From contig NC_043011.1 of NCBI RefSeq assembly GCF_006345805.1, positions 55,812,464 to 55,876,463 of the forward strand: DNA of 64,000 nucleotides, written 5' to 3'. Under the pieces are notes generated by a model. It searched no databases. It saw only the letters and a program-made list of their open reading frames with translations, and was not told the origin of the DNA. Origin of the DNA: Octopus sinensis (lineage: Eukaryota). This document shows, in pieces, positions 62,531-64,000 of this stretch. The translations under genes were made by a program, and so were the position numbers. Position 1 is the first letter of the stretch; each line of letters opens with the position of its first letter.

Positions 62531-62839
62531 TCATCATCATCATCATCATTTAGCGTCCACTTTCCATGCTAGCATGGGTTGGACGGTTCAACTGGGGTCT
62601 GTGAAGCCAGAAGGCTGCATCAGGCCCAGTCTGATTTGGCAGTGTTTCTACGGCTGGATGCCCTTCCTAACGCCAACCACTCCGTGAGTGTAGTGGGTGC
62701 TTTTTACATGCCACCCGCACAGGTGCCAGACGGAGCTGGAAAACGGCCACGGACAGATGGTGCTTTTTACGTGCCACCAGCACGGGGGCCAGGCGAGGCT
62801 GGCAACGGCCACGAACGGATGGTGCTTTTTACGTGCCAC
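62531..62839 (-). mobile_element. family-B RTE 3'-UTR copy
   Basis: (CAT)n start, core and three modules; ends 66 bp from the donor of exon 62906-63000. Confidence 0.92.
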
Positions 62840-62905
62840 AAATAAGTAATTAAAATTGGTTAAGGTTGATTTAATCAAAACAACAATAATTAAAAATCAA
62901 CTTAC

Positions 62906-63000
62906 TTCAATAGGTACTGTTACTGAACACATTGGAATATTGATATCGTTTTTTGATATTACTTTCAAATCCATCTCTAAAACATCCAAACTTGTGAATC
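62906..63000 (-). CDS. PRUNE2: Prune2-like gene, coding exon (start of DHHA2)
   Basis: Acceptor tatggttttag|, donor GAA|gtaagt, 95 nt, phase 1 to 0. Translates (G)FTSLDVLEMDLKVISKNDINIPMCSVTVPIE, matching the 'L.KD.K......I.SV' pattern of DHHA2. Confidence 0.85.
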
Positions 63001-63339
63001 CTAAAACCATAAAAAACAAAAAAAAAAAAATCAGTATCTAGATGAAAATGACGAAAAATTATCTGTCCACATTCACAAAATAAACTAAAAGGAAAATCTG
63101 AAAAGATGTAAAAGGGAGCTGAAAATTTGTATTCTCAACGAAAGCACTGAATTTGGAACAAACAATCAATTCTCAGCTCCTTTGCTAGAAAATGAGTTTG
63201 GTTTGGTTTACCAGTCATCTTCAATCCCATCAATGCTTTTTTTTGTTTCCTGAAACGGCAGCAAAAATACTTTAAAAAAAAAATTCTAAATATTTGATTG
63301 AAACAATTATATATACTTGAACAATAACCTAAACATAGG

Positions 63340-63875
63340 GAGATCACCCTTTATCAGCACCAGGTATGACAAGTGGCAGTGTTCCATATCAGATCACTGC
63401 AAAGTATCCTCGGTTTCATGTGGAAGGACAAGGTGCCTCATATTGAAATCCTCCCGAGGGTCAGGATCTACAGCATTGAGGCCTACAACCTATGTAGTCT
63501 TCTCCACTGGGTTGGCCATGTCATTTGGATGCTGGGTAATTGGCTCCCAAAGACGGTCCTCTTCAGTGAGATTAAGACTGGAAGTAGATCTTATGGATGT
63601 CTAAGACTTCGTTTTTATGAGCATCTCAAGTGATCTCTCATTTTATGCAGTGTCCACCACACCGCCCCCAATCAGTTGGAGCTCCTGGCTGTTAAATGGA
63701 AGGCATGGAGGAGCCTGTGTGATGCTGGAGTGGAATACTTTGAAACTGAATGCAAGAGTTTGTATGAAGAGAGAAGGAGATGTTGTCATCAACTGCCTTC
63801 AGCTGTTGTTTGGTGTCACTTTGGATAATAACGATAACAATAAATAATAACAATGAATAATAATAATAATAATAC
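63340..63875 (+). mobile_element. BovB-like RTE LINE 3' fragment with (AAT)n tail
   Basis: FHIRSLQSILGFMWKDKVPHIEILPRVRIYSIEAYNLCSLLHWVGHVIWMLGNWLPKTVLFSEIKTGSRSYGCLRLRFYEHLK. Confidence 0.88.
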
Positions 63876-63915
63876 AACACACATTCCGATGGTAAATGGT
63901 AAATCGATTACTTAC

Positions 63916-64000
63916 CACTTATATCGTATTTAACAATATTGATTTGTTCAAAAACATCACAGCGATTGCAATTTGGTAGAATATTTTCCAAGCGCTGCAG
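63916..64000 (-). CDS. PRUNE2: Prune2-like gene, coding exon truncated by the window edge; DHH/DHHA2 linker
   Basis: Minus strand reads LQRLENILPNCNRCDVFEQINIVKYDIS(G), then donor G|gtaagt at 63915 (phase 1). Resembles the Prune 'R..LF..L..AK.D.S.L' linker. Confidence 0.8.

Overview
AT-rich, repeat-dense animal genomic DNA. The SINE, RTE and microsatellite landscape looks like an octopus (coleoid cephalopod) genome; this is an inference from recalled repeat families, not a search. One host gene is supported on the minus strand. Five exons with canonical GT-AG sites and consistent phases (64000-63916 partial, 63000-62906, 59274-59116, 56847-56684, 55868-53378) join into a Prune-type DHHA2 domain followed by an ~830-aa acidic, Ser-rich disordered region, consistent with a PRUNE2/BMCC1-like gene. 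I found no C-terminal BCH exons, so 1-53377 is read as one very long intron with several candidate internal promoters or alternative first exons (best case 14987-14908 plus 13360-13275). The remainder is layered transposon debris: a Helitron derivative, a Dong/R4 LINE, several RTE LINE pieces with many copies of their 3' UTR, a CR1 tail, a full-length decayed Tc1, MITEs of three types, a Helentron-like HINE and several tRNA-derived SINE families (A, A2, C and D are my labels). The most striking item is a tRNA-headed SINE-like element (61473-61763, minus) carrying an apparently intact minimal hammerhead ribozyme of the Penelope type and capped by a perfect 64-bp palindrome. A second, decayed hammerhead element at ~49.0 kb also has a perfect palindrome at its 5' side.
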